Origin: an uncultured Lentimicrobiaceae bacterium
Lineage (GTDB): Bacteria > Bacteroidota > Bacteroidia > Bacteroidales > UBA4417
Assembly (NCBI GenBank): GCA_964583325.1
Contig: CAZOXJ010000001.1
Span: 28,054 to 92,053 of the forward strand
Length of the DNA: 64,000 bases
Direction of reading: 5' to 3'
Of the stretch, positions 48,921 through 61,023 are shown in pieces. Numbering within the stretch: the first letter of the stretch is position 1; each line of letters opens with the position of its first letter. The position numbers and the translations under genes are program-made. The notes below the pieces were generated by a model. That model was not told the origin of the DNA. It made no database searches and saw only the letters and a list, made by a program, of their open reading frames with translations.

Positions 48921-51230
48921 ATGAAATTTTTATTACTGCTGATTTGCTTTCTTTCAGCACTCAGTAACTTATCAGCCCAAACCATTTTAAATCAGAATGA
49001 ACAGGCAAAACGGGAAATAGCCCGTCGCGGTGAAGTTTATTTCAGTTTTCAGATTGCGGACCGCGCTCAAATATCGGAACTGACTCAGAAAATATCGATA
49101 AGCAACGTTAAGGGCAACACTGTATTTGCTTACGCCAATTCTGAAGAGTTTACCAATTTTTCTAAATACGGATATCAGTTTGAAGTTCTTACTGCTCCTT
49201 CTGAATTAATTACGGTTCAGATGTCGGACAATCCGGCTCAGGTGCTTACATGGAATTATTACCCTACATATCCTGCCTACGAAGCCATCATGGCACAATT
49301 TGCATCAGATTATCCTCAAATCTGCAAACTGATTACTGTTGCAACTTTAGCAAGCGGGCGCAAGATCTTAGGCTTACGGATTTCGGACAATGTTAATATA
49401 CAGGAAAAAGAACCTGAGTTTCTATATACTTCATCAATTCATGGCGACGAAACTACCGGTTATATTTTAATGCTCCACCTGGCAGATTATCTCTTAACAG
49501 GCTATGGAAATGATACCCGGCTTACCAATATGGTTAACAATTTTGAAATAGTAATCTGTCCGCTTGCCAATCCTGACGGAACCTATAAAGGAGGTAACAA
49601 CAGCGTAAACGGAGCAACCAGGGGAAATGCAAACAACGTTGACCTGAACCGTAATTACCCTGACCCGCGAGCCGGACAGCATCCTGACGGCAACGCATGG
49701 CAGCCTGAAACTGTTGCTTTTATGAATTTCGCTGGGTTCAACACGTTTACAATGGGAGCAAATTTTCATGGCGGAACAGAAGTGTTGAACTATCCCTGGG
49801 ATACCTGGGCAAAACTTACCGCCGATGATGCATGGTGGATTTATACAAGCCGCGAATATGCTGATACAGTTCATGTTAATGCTCCTTCAAATTACTTTAA
49901 TGAATATAATAATGGCATTACAAATGGTCATGCATGGTACGAAATAACTGGTGGACGGCAGGATTATATGAATTTCTTCCGGAATTGCCGCGAATCAACA
50001 CTGGAAATTTCGGATACTAAATTAATACCTGAAAATCAGCTGATTCCTCATTGGAATTACAACTACCGCTCGCTTCTGAATTACATTGAACAAGCTGGTT
50101 ATGGTTTGCATGGCCTGGTTACCGATTCAATGAGCGGGTCTCCATTGTATGCCAAAGTTTACATTTCGGGATTTGACCTTGACAGCTCACATGTTTATAC
50201 TGATCCGCAAGTAGGTGATTATCACCGCTTATTAAAAGCCGGAACCTATAATGTTACTTACTCATCGCCCGGATATTTGCCAAAAACTTTTGCTGTTCAG
50301 ATAACCGACAAGCAAACAACAATTTTGGATGTTCAGCTTTACGATGGTCGGCTTGAAACTAATTTCAAGGCCGATACTACCATTCTTGCAGTCGATCATC
50401 CAGTGTATTTTACTGATCAATCGGCTGGGTATCCCGTTTCCTGGTCATGGACTTTCGAAGGTGCCACACCTTCAGCATCCAATGAGAAGAATCCGGTTGT
50501 GAGTTACCAGCAACCTGGTATTTACTCTGTAAAACTGGTAGTTTCAAGATCCGGTGCAGTAGATTCGTTAGTTCGTAATCAGTACATCGATGTAAAACCT
50601 TGGTATCTCATGGCCGATAAAGCCTATACTGTTTGCGATGCGCAGTTTTTCGATGCCGGTGGCCCAAACGGACAATACGCTGAAAATGAAGAAAGTGTTA
50701 TTACATTTTATCCCAACGAAGCTATGAAAAAGCTTACAGCCATTTTTAACAATATCGATATTGAAGAAGGTGGCCTGGATTGCACGAACGACAAATTGTT
50801 GATTTTCGATGGCTCATCAACTGCTGATAATCTTATTGCAACACTATGTGGAAATACTACTCCGCAAATGATTACAGCTTCAAATTCAGCTGGTGCTTTA
50901 ACATTTCAATTTATTTCGAATGATGCTATACAAGGCTCCGGATGGGAAATTACTTTAAGCTGTGATTCAAATGTTGGTATTGCTGAACAAATGCATTCAG
51001 GCGTTTCTGTTTATCCTAATCCTGTTTATAGCGGAAGTGTGGTAATAAACTCGGAAAATAAAGTTCAGAAATTAATGGTAATGGATGCTACAGGACGTAT
51101 TTTACACTCTTCATCGCCATTAGCTAAACAAACTTCAATTGATTGCGCATGGCCCTCAGGGATTTACATTTTACAGATCCAAACCCAGGGCAAATGGATA
51201 AACAGAAAGATACAGGTAATCAATAACTGA
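48921..51230 (+). CDS. M14 zinc carboxypeptidase with PKD-like, CUB-like and T9SS C-terminal domains
   Basis: 769 aa with a signal peptide and M14 motifs SIHGDETTG, NPDG and DLNRNYP. A PKD-like block is YFTDQSAGYPVSWSWTFEGATPSAS. A CUB-like block is TVCDAQFFDAGGPNGQYAENEE...CTNDKLLIFDGSS...CG...FISNDAIQGSGWE. The T9SS CTD is VSVYPNPVYSG...GIYILQIQTQGKWINRKIQVINN. Confidence 0.9.
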   Translation: MKFLLLLICFLSALSNLSAQTILNQNEQAKREIARRGEVYFSFQIADRAQISELTQKISISNVKGNTVFAYANSEEFTNFSKYGYQFEVLTAPSELITVQMSDNPAQVLTWNYYPTYPAYEAIMAQFASDYPQICKLITVATLASGRKILGLRISDNVNIQEKEPEFLYTSSIHGDETTGYILMLHLADYLLTGYGNDTRLTNMVNNFEIVICPLANPDGTYKGGNNSVNGATRGNANNVDLNRNYPDPRAGQHPDGNAWQPETVAFMNFAGFNTFTMGANFHGGTEVLNYPWDTWAKLTADDAWWIYTSREYADTVHVNAPSNYFNEYNNGITNGHAWYEITGGRQDYMNFFRNCRESTLEISDTKLIPENQLIPHWNYNYRSLLNYIEQAGYGLHGLVTDSMSGSPLYAKVYISGFDLDSSHVYTDPQVGDYHRLLKAGTYNVTYSSPGYLPKTFAVQITDKQTTILDVQLYDGRLETNFKADTTILAVDHPVYFTDQSAGYPVSWSWTFEGATPSASNEKNPVVSYQQPGIYSVKLVVSRSGAVDSLVRNQYIDVKPWYLMADKAYTVCDAQFFDAGGPNGQYAENEESVITFYPNEAMKKLTAIFNNIDIEEGGLDCTNDKLLIFDGSSTADNLIATLCGNTTPQMITASNSAGALTFQFISNDAIQGSGWEITLSCDSNVGIAEQMHSGVSVYPNPVYSGSVVINSENKVQKLMVMDATGRILHSSSPLAKQTSIDCAWPSGIYILQIQTQGKWINRKIQVINN

Positions 51231-51249
51231 CACTTTACAGTATTTAAGT

Positions 51250-51285
51250 AAAATGCCCGGAGAATTTCTCCGGGCATTTTATTTT
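51250..51285. terminator. bidirectional intrinsic terminator between the M14 gene and the TonB-dependent receptor gene
   Basis: AAAATGCCCGGAGA-ATT-TCTCCGGGCATTTT: an 11-14 bp stem followed by TTTTATTTT. It sits between convergent genes. Confidence 0.88.
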
Positions 51286-51327
51286 CAAGGATTTCATAAT
51301 TTCCTGTTCATTCAAGGTGCAATCTAT

Positions 51328-53568
51328 TTAATCGCTGTTTTTAATTCCGAAAGGAACTTTTAATGTTAATGCAATATTCCTTCCGGGATTATAAAAATTG
51401 ACTTCTTTCAGTGTTGATAAATGATCAATATATTTTACATCAAATATATTGTTCGCACTGATGCCAATGAATACAAGTTGGCTTTTCCATTTTATATTAC
51501 CACCTGTAGATAAATCAATGAGGGTATATCCACTTGTTACTGTTTCATCAGGGGCGGCGTTGTTTTGATCAAAGGCAGTTGATAAATTTATCAGAACAAA
51601 GGGGTTATGTAAAAATGAAATCTGTTCTGATTCGATCCTGAATTCAATTTTTAATTTATTGGCAGGAACAAACGGCAGATAATCTCCGTTTTTTTGCTTT
51701 CCGATAACAGTGGCATAAGTTGCTTCGAAGTGCAACCAATCAATTGCTTTCGGATGAAAATGGATTCCGGCTTCACCCCCAAACAGAGTTGAATTGTTTT
51801 GAATGTATTTGAAAATATCAACTCCTGAATCAGTTGTATCGCCTGTTGGAGCGATAAAAATATAGTTATTGATAACATTATAAAACCCTGCTGCATCTAT
51901 TGTGAAATTATCTTCATGATAATGCATACTCAAATCTGCTTCGTATGATTTTTCAGGAATGAGGGTGTTATCACCAACCTCGTACCGTGTTTCGTGCTGA
52001 CCGTTTGAAGTAAGTTCGGCCAGGTTTGGTGTGCGGAATGCCGCCGCCAGGTTAGCCCGGAACAATAGCTTTTCCGTTACATTAAATGTAGCTCCGAATG
52101 AGCCACTGTAGCTGTCGTAATTTTTATCCAGGGCACTGCGGTAATCTGATGATTCAGGAGAACCAATTGCCTGACTAACAATTGACTTATTGTCATAACG
52201 GACACCTGTCTGCAATTTTAATTTTTCGTAAAACGTGCGTTGCAATAAACCAAAAACCGAATAATTATTAGTAGTTGCATCAGGCAATAATATCGTTTCC
52301 CGATCATTAATATTTGTATTGGTTTGATTCATCCCCTGAAATCCAATGATGTATTCCGAGTTTTTATCTGAAGGCAAATACAACCTGGTTTCATAAGTTA
52401 GAGTTGACAGTTTCATTTGTAATTCATAAAAACCGACATCTCCAAAATGAATTAATTCTGTATTCTGATAGGCAGAGTTTATATCAAGTTTAAATTTGCC
52501 CAGGTATAACTTGTTTTGCGACGACAATAAGTGAGTATTCAATTGCTGGTACCAGATTTTATTTTCTCTGCCTCTTTCGGGAATAGCATCAATTGCTTCA
52601 TCTTCAACTAGTCCCAGTTTTTGGTTGTTGAAATCATAAAACAGTTTGAAGGTTCCCACTTTCCCTGTGTAGCCACCGTTAGTTTTTAGTGAATACTCGT
52701 TGAAACGTGAATTGGGAACAAAATCGCCACCTCCCTGCAAGAAATCGGCATTAGTCTTTTGCCCAAACCGTAATCCTCCGAAAAAACTTTTTGATGTGCC
52801 TTTTATCCCAAGATTGTTTGTCATTCCAAGCGTATTTGAAAATAACTGCAAGTTATAATCTCCGACAACAGTTCCAACCGGCGCTGGCTTTTCCTTGATA
52901 AAATTGATAACCCCTCCGATGGCATCCGAACCGTATAATAATGATGCAGGTCCTTTAATAACTTCTATATCATCAATTCCAAATTCGTCGATACCTAATG
53001 GATGATGACTTGAATACTGATAATTTTCAAAACGGACACCATTATTTAGTACCAGAATGTCGTTCATCGAAAGGCCCCTGATAACAGGTTTAGAGATCCC
53101 ACTTCCTTTCGAAATCATATCAACACCGGGAATTCGTGTTAATACTTCCATGAAATTGGGAGTGGATTTAATGGCCCGGGGATTAAGTTTCAAAGTTTCG
53201 ATTTTAACCGCATTTTCATGCTGGGTTGCATTGTAACCGCCGGTAATCACTATTTCTTCGGTTCCAATTATTGAAAATTTTAGAGATACATTCAGTTCCA
53301 AACTTTTGCCATTTAATACAATAGTCTCAATTCTGCTTGTATATCCAATGTAAGAAAACTGAATTTTGATTTTGCCGTTTGGCAGATTTGAGATTTCGTA
53401 TTTACCATTTACACTTGAAATGGTGCCTTTGTTAATTTCGGGTAAAAAAACTGTTGCACCTGCTAAGGGCAAATTGTCCTGATCGGTAATTAGTCCTGAT
53501 ACTTTGTTTTGTGCCTGCAAAGTATGTACCATGAATAGTACCATACAAATTGCAAATATTTTTTTCAT
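51328..53568 (-). CDS. TonB-dependent receptor with CarboxypepD_reg-like N-terminal domain
   Basis: 746 aa with a signal peptide. N-terminal domain GLITDQDNLPLAGATVFL, plug region IPGVDMISKGSGISKPVIRGL and IEVIKGPASLLYGSDAIGGVINF, and a beta-barrel ending in an aromatic-rich C-terminus. No SusD-like neighbour. Confidence 0.9.
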   Translation of the reverse strand: MKKIFAICMVLFMVHTLQAQNKVSGLITDQDNLPLAGATVFLPEINKGTISSVNGKYEISNLPNGKIKIQFSYIGYTSRIETIVLNGKSLELNVSLKFSIIGTEEIVITGGYNATQHENAVKIETLKLNPRAIKSTPNFMEVLTRIPGVDMISKGSGISKPVIRGLSMNDILVLNNGVRFENYQYSSHHPLGIDEFGIDDIEVIKGPASLLYGSDAIGGVINFIKEKPAPVGTVVGDYNLQLFSNTLGMTNNLGIKGTSKSFFGGLRFGQKTNADFLQGGGDFVPNSRFNEYSLKTNGGYTGKVGTFKLFYDFNNQKLGLVEDEAIDAIPERGRENKIWYQQLNTHLLSSQNKLYLGKFKLDINSAYQNTELIHFGDVGFYELQMKLSTLTYETRLYLPSDKNSEYIIGFQGMNQTNTNINDRETILLPDATTNNYSVFGLLQRTFYEKLKLQTGVRYDNKSIVSQAIGSPESSDYRSALDKNYDSYSGSFGATFNVTEKLLFRANLAAAFRTPNLAELTSNGQHETRYEVGDNTLIPEKSYEADLSMHYHEDNFTIDAAGFYNVINNYIFIAPTGDTTDSGVDIFKYIQNNSTLFGGEAGIHFHPKAIDWLHFEATYATVIGKQKNGDYLPFVPANKLKIEFRIESEQISFLHNPFVLINLSTAFDQNNAAPDETVTSGYTLIDLSTGGNIKWKSQLVFIGISANNIFDVKYIDHLSTLKEVNFYNPGRNIALTLKVPFGIKNSD

Positions 53569-53656
53569 GTTTAAAAGATGTTATTAAAATAAAATTGCGT
53601 TGCTGTTATCATGATTGATTAGAAAAATATCAATAACAACCAAAACCTGAAATGAA

Positions 53657-53672
53657 CAAGCATTAATGCTTG
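53657..53672. repeat. perfect 16-bp palindrome CAAGCATT|AATGCTTG
   Basis: All 8 pairs checked. It lies 89-104 nt upstream of the TonB-dependent receptor start (53568). Candidate dimeric-regulator operator. Confidence 0.8.
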
Positions 53673-53812
53673 CAATTCAGATATATGCTTGATAATACAG
53701 CGTTAAACAGACTGGGGAAACAGACTTGAATTCGAATTATTTAATTTCAAGTTAATCATTCCGGTGGAGTGGAATATTGACAAAAAACTTTCGAATAAGG
53801 TTTTGGGTTCCA

Positions 53813-54142
53813 TTAAGCCTCAGGAGGAGCTCTTAAATTATAATAATGAAAAGTTATATTCTGAATCTGATTATCATATTCATAAACAAACGATGAAACT
53901 GCTACTCGAATAACAGGTATGTATACAAACGTAGTTAATTCATCAACAACATTAAACTCAAAAAAGCATATAGGACATTTCTCCCCATGATTTTGAAATT
54001 GATTAGTTGAATGAGCTTGAAACGAAACGGGATGATCATGATGCCCGAAAACACGATGTACATCCTGAACCATATTGGGGCCAAGATATAAGAGCAATGC
54101 CATCAACGATGACAAAACAATTAAGTGTTTTGAGTTCTGCAT
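53813..54142 (-). CDS. small membrane-anchored His/Cys-rich hypothetical protein
   Basis: 109 aa with an N-terminal hydrophobic segment (LIVLSSLMALLLYL), then VHRVFGHHDHPVSFQAHSTNQFQNHGEKCPICFFEF. No family named. Confidence 0.55.
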   Translation of the reverse strand: MQNSKHLIVLSSLMALLLYLGPNMVQDVHRVFGHHDHPVSFQAHSTNQFQNHGEKCPICFFEFNVVDELTTFVYIPVIRVAVSSFVYEYDNQIQNITFHYYNLRAPPEA

Positions 54143-54278
54143 ATTAAGTTATACCCGCGCGAACGAATTTAAAGACTAAAAATAATCATCAATAAATAAA
54201 CGAATAATCAGTCAGTTTGTTTTTAGTTTTTCAGAATGCAAAAACAGATTCAAAATAATAAAGGGAAAATAATTGCAA

Positions 54279-54674
54279 TTATTTTACAATTAACTTACGC
54301 GTTAAAACTTCGTTTTCAACTACAATCTGAACAAAATAAATTCCCGGTTCGATTGATTTGTTTCTCACATCGATCGAAAACAAGTTACTACCTGGCACAA
54401 CATCTGATTCCTGAGTAAAGACCTGTTTCCCAATATTATTGAAAAGTAAAATCACAGCCTTGCTTTTCTGGCCGCTCTTAAACGAAATTTTGAGTATATC
54501 TACTACCGGATTAGGGTAAACAGAAAGATTATCAATAAAGTTATCAGTTGTTGAAACTGAAGAAGTGGAAAGTGAATTTTTATAAAGCTGATTTTCAGAA
54601 CTAGTTCTGAAAGTTTGAGCGTTAACTGAAATCACAGTCACAAATATGATGGAGAGTAAAAATATTTTCTTCAT
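54279..54674 (-). CDS. small secreted protein consisting mostly of a T9SS C-terminal sorting domain
   Basis: 131 aa with signal peptide MKKIFLLSIIFVTVISVNAQ and CTD LSVYPNPVVDILKISF...GIYFVQIVVENEVLTRKLIVK. Confidence 0.7.
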   Translation of the reverse strand: MKKIFLLSIIFVTVISVNAQTFRTSSENQLYKNSLSTSSVSTTDNFIDNLSVYPNPVVDILKISFKSGQKSKAVILLFNNIGKQVFTQESDVVPGSNLFSIDVRNKSIEPGIYFVQIVVENEVLTRKLIVK

Positions 54675-54823
54675 AGCATGGAATTTAATTAAACATCTTC
54701 AATAAACGAGCCAAACCATTTTAGCAGACTCCCTTATTAATTAATATTAACAATTAAGAAAAGTAATAGTTTTTCAGGAACTATTATTCAGAAATAGTCA
54801 AAATAATTTCAAATCACCGGTTA

Positions 54824-57052
54824 TCAGCTCCTGAAACGCATAAAATCGGTGATAAGATGAATCTCTGCCGGATCAACTCCATTGGCAATCAAGTAGTTTT
54901 TATCAAAATCGAGTGATTCCGAAAACTTTTGGAGACTTATTCCACCGGTTGTGATCGAAGAAATATAATACTCCATAGCTTTAGGTTTGTTTCCGAGGCA
55001 TAATTCGATATGTCCGGCATTTATCAAATCGTCAGCGGTTGCAGTTTCGGCGATAATAAGCATGATATAATTCAGGGCAAGGTCGAGTTTCCCCAGAACA
55101 AAACAGCACCATGCGATGGGACGAAGAACTTTTTTGTTTTCGGGTGAAAGAAACTCAACTTTAAAATAATGATCGAGGGCTGTTTCGAATTGCTGCAGAT
55201 CGAGATAGCAGTTCCCCAACATAGTTTGAATGTAAACATCATCGGGTTCGAGGGCTGCTGCTTCGAGACTCCATTTCAACGCGGATTCGTTATCGCCAAG
55301 TTTCCTGTAACAGAAAATTATTTTTTTAAGGCTCCAGATGCGGTTTGTATCAAACAACTCGGCCCTTTTATAAAAATCGAGCGCTGATTTAAAATCGCCT
55401 TTCATTTGGTAACAATACGCTAGCTTTTCGTAAACCGCCTGATCAGGCTCAGGTTTTTCGGCAAGCACTTGAAACAAACCGGCAGCTTCGGTATAATGCA
55501 TTTTAAGAAAAAGAAATTCAGCAGTGTTGCGTATTATGGGTGTGTTGTCCGAAATGACATTGATAAGCCAGTTTTCCGGAATATCCCATTGCATGCTAAA
55601 AATGTCGCGAAAATCAGCTCGGAACGGATGAATTTTAAAAAACCGGTAAAGATCCTGAATGTATTGAGTAAAAATATAAGTATCCCGGCCTGGCTTATTG
55701 AGCAAACCATCTTCGCTGGAAATCTCCCGCATGCTTTCAGCTTCCATATTGAACAGGCTTACTACATTGCGGCTTTGCTCAAGCGGAAGATGATTGATAT
55801 TAAAACAGAACGAGTATTTATCGGAATTGCACATGTAAAAGGATTCCTCTAATCCTGTGAGGAAATTGGATTTCCCCGGCATTTCGTCATTAACTGCTTT
55901 TTGTGCCGACTCATTTTCTTTGTAAAATGGTCGGAACCAATTGGATATCTCCCTGAAAAAGTCGAAATTTTTAAGCATGGCGAAAGTACCCATAAATAAA
56001 TCGAGGCCTTCCATCTGCATTTCCGACATTTTTTCAATTTTGTTCAAAAGATCAGGGCTATCTTCAAAAATTTGTTCCCAATCCGGATTTTTATCTTCGA
56101 CAAGTTCGTTGTTGATAATATTATCAAGATCAAGTTTTTCGCGGAGTTTCGATTCGAATTTCTGAACATCCGGAAGAATTTCCTCACGGAATTTGCGTGT
56201 CAGATTTTCAGTTTCAAGTGCTTTAAGAATTTGGATCAACAGGTTATTAACGTCTTTCGTAAACACTTCATCAGATGAATATTGCAGCAGCTGCGATCGT
56301 AAAGTCGGATATAATTCGAGACGTTTGTTATAAATAAACACTGCAATAATAAGTCCTGTCAGTGCACGTTGCCAAACTTGCGGCTGTCGGTCGTTGTAAA
56401 AATCGCAAAGCACGGTAAACTTCTCTTTATCAAAGCAATTGATCAGACTTAGAGTGATGGCACTGACAGCGAGGCATTTTTCGTACCAGGGCAAACTTTC
56501 TGATTCCCTGATAGCTTTTACCAGCAGAAGGTCGGTTTCGGTATATTTATCAGTGAGCCACATAAGCTGAAAAAGCTTAGGCGAAATAGCCGGTATTGAA
56601 ATATTTTCGGCATTTTGAGCTGATAAATCAGTATCGTTCAGAAGCCGGGTAAACTCAAGTTCAAATGAATAATTATCAATCCGCCGGGTTGCTTCTTCCT
56701 TGGCTATTTCCTTTTCTTTTTCAATTTGCATTTTTAACTGGCTGATGTGCGTACCCGTTTGAGCAAGGGCATGTTGATGAACTTTATCAGCCAGTTCGAG
56801 CAACGAAACTTTTAGTTTTCCAAAAATCACATTCCGCTGAGGATCAGGAACTCCCCTGAAATTATATTCGAGGAGCATCCGGTAGGTCTGGTTTATATCT
56901 TCGTATTGCAACGTATAATCAGCCACATGCATACCTTGCGCCAATATGCCGAGCTCGTTCAAGGCTTCTTTTAACCGGTCATCATACACCAGTTTGCATA
57001 GTGTCGAAAAAGTAATTTCTATATCTTTTGCCAAAATTGCCATAAGTATCAC
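54824..57052 (-). CDS. large TPR-repeat protein, N-terminal ~500 aa of unknown function
   Basis: 742 aa. The C-terminal ~230 aa has TPR-like repeats (YEKLAYCYQMKGDFKSALDFYKRA, ...MLGNCYLDLQQFETALDHYFKV...). The track start is GTG at 57052; the ATG at 57043 is an alternative. Confidence 0.8.
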   Translation of the reverse strand: MILMAILAKDIEITFSTLCKLVYDDRLKEALNELGILAQGMHVADYTLQYEDINQTYRMLLEYNFRGVPDPQRNVIFGKLKVSLLELADKVHQHALAQTGTHISQLKMQIEKEKEIAKEEATRRIDNYSFELEFTRLLNDTDLSAQNAENISIPAISPKLFQLMWLTDKYTETDLLLVKAIRESESLPWYEKCLAVSAITLSLINCFDKEKFTVLCDFYNDRQPQVWQRALTGLIIAVFIYNKRLELYPTLRSQLLQYSSDEVFTKDVNNLLIQILKALETENLTRKFREEILPDVQKFESKLREKLDLDNIINNELVEDKNPDWEQIFEDSPDLLNKIEKMSEMQMEGLDLFMGTFAMLKNFDFFREISNWFRPFYKENESAQKAVNDEMPGKSNFLTGLEESFYMCNSDKYSFCFNINHLPLEQSRNVVSLFNMEAESMREISSEDGLLNKPGRDTYIFTQYIQDLYRFFKIHPFRADFRDIFSMQWDIPENWLINVISDNTPIIRNTAEFLFLKMHYTEAAGLFQVLAEKPEPDQAVYEKLAYCYQMKGDFKSALDFYKRAELFDTNRIWSLKKIIFCYRKLGDNESALKWSLEAAALEPDDVYIQTMLGNCYLDLQQFETALDHYFKVEFLSPENKKVLRPIAWCCFVLGKLDLALNYIMLIIAETATADDLINAGHIELCLGNKPKAMEYYISSITTGGISLQKFSESLDFDKNYLIANGVDPAEIHLITDFMRFRS

Positions 57053-57152
57053 ATTTATGAATGCAGGCTGATCAATCTGATTTTTTTGTACGCCAGGATA
57101 ATAAGATCTGCATCAATGCTGCAAGCTACAAAAAGCAATCCAATATAAACAG

Positions 57153-59246
<2,094 letters not shown>

Positions 59247-59253
59247 TCAGATG

Positions 59254-60792
59254 CTATTCCAATGGCTTTGCAAGTTCATTATTCCGATACATGTAAATTG
59301 TTTCGTTCCGGTTAACCGGGTTGAGCCGATGCATAATATCGTCAATAAATCCAGGTTTAAAAGTAGTTTCGTAAACCAGCAACGGAATATCCTTTTTCAA
59401 TGAATCAACTCTTGCCTCGAGGTTTTCGTCACTGTAAAACAGCACAAAAGAGGCTTCCGAGACAGTACACGGAATCGAATCAACCATATACGAACGTACT
59501 CCTGTGTTCGATTTGTATAAAGCTTGCATCCATTGTCCGGAATAAAAACGCGGCACCATCTGTGCGCTACTCCTGTTTAAATCTTCAGTAACAATAACTT
59601 TAATCCCCTTGTATTGTGAAAGATACGCCATAGCTTCGACACGTGAACGTTTCGAATATGCAGTTGAAACCGGAATCAGCAATATTATGTTCACTATCCA
59701 GAAGAAAATCCAGCTGTTCGTTAGTAATCGCTTGTGCTTCAACCAATACTTTGATGTAAGGATGAAAGAATTCCAACCGATAACTCCTCCGATGATTATA
59801 TAGGGTATTATCGGAAAAATGAAGCGTTCCTGTTTGTTGGGAAAAAACGAATGAAATAGCAGGAAAAGAAATGCCGGCAAAAATATCATAAGCTGTTTAC
59901 GCCAAATCCTGAAAAAACCAAAAAGCAACATCAGCGATATCGGCGGAATAAGAATTCCGGCTAGCAACAACAAATAATTATACCATGGGCCTGTAATATA
60001 ATCGTAGGCAACCTGGAGATTGTATTCGTAATACTCGATAAATTCGGCAAAAGGGTATCCCCAAATATAATAATCGACCAAACCCTGCAACAACAGGATG
60101 GAAAACAGAGAACCAAATCCAACCATAATTGCAGGAACCCATTTGCGTTGTATTAATAGGACAAGCCCGGCACCACCAACAAATACTATAAGCTGAAACC
60201 TAACTGAAATACTCAACCCAAGAATAAAACCAGCGAGTAAATACCATAATAAAGGGTGATTTTTCCGATCAGAATCCAAAAGGTACAATATTCCAAGCAA
60301 AGTGAAAGGGATACAAAATATTTCGACCAGATTCCGGACACTAAGCATAGGTAAAAACCAGATTGATGCCATTAATAATCCGGCCAGAGCAGCATCTTTT
60401 TGTGTTGAAACTTTCTCTGTTATTTTATAAACCAACCATACCGAATAAACTGATGCTAATGCATGTATTATTCTAACAATTAGCATTTTAAATAAAGGAT
60501 CAGTGATATTAACTATTTGCAGAAACTTAAAAAGAAGAAAATGCAGCCCCATGTAAAACATACTATGCCCGTCGGGAATTACTTCAGCTCCTGAAAACTG
60601 AGGTCTTCCTGGTACAATTATTCCGTCAACCCAAGCTTGTGCAGCTTCAATTACCAGGAAATGATCATCATGCATTCCGAATCCCCTGGAAAAAACTGTG
60701 GCAAGCACACGCGTGCATATTGCAACGAACATAACCAGTTGTAGAGGTTTTTCGTTCCACATCTTTTGTAATGAATTGAATATTTGCTTCAT
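59254..60792 (-). CDS. GT-C fold polytopic membrane glycosyltransferase (GT22/Alg9-like features)
   Basis: 512 aa with many TM segments. The first-loop acidic motif is GFGMHDDHFLVIE, and HSFFPNKQERFIFPIIP resembles the H-x-x-E-R-F block of GT22 enzymes. Confidence 0.7.
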   Translation of the reverse strand: MKQIFNSLQKMWNEKPLQLVMFVAICTRVLATVFSRGFGMHDDHFLVIEAAQAWVDGIIVPGRPQFSGAEVIPDGHSMFYMGLHFLLFKFLQIVNITDPLFKMLIVRIIHALASVYSVWLVYKITEKVSTQKDAALAGLLMASIWFLPMLSVRNLVEIFCIPFTLLGILYLLDSDRKNHPLLWYLLAGFILGLSISVRFQLIVFVGGAGLVLLIQRKWVPAIMVGFGSLFSILLLQGLVDYYIWGYPFAEFIEYYEYNLQVAYDYITGPWYNYLLLLAGILIPPISLMLLFGFFRIWRKQLMIFLPAFLFLLFHSFFPNKQERFIFPIIPYIIIGGVIGWNSFILTSKYWLKHKRLLTNSWIFFWIVNIILLIPVSTAYSKRSRVEAMAYLSQYKGIKVIVTEDLNRSSAQMVPRFYSGQWMQALYKSNTGVRSYMVDSIPCTVSEASFVLFYSDENLEARVDSLKKDIPLLVYETTFKPGFIDDIMHRLNPVNRNETIYMYRNNELAKPLE

Positions 60793-61023
60793 GTGTTTTT
60801 ATTGAATTGAATGATTTGAATAAATTTAAGATTAATTTGTCAATTTTACTGGATTAAACGCACTTTCCCGTTTAACACCCACTGATATAGCAAATTACAA
60901 AAAAGCTGCTAAATTTTCTTTAAACTGCTAAATTAACCAGAATAAACCATCAAAACGATCTATATTCTGATCTTACGGTAATCTTTTAACGTATCCTTCT
61001 TAAGCGACTGGCTTTATTTCATT

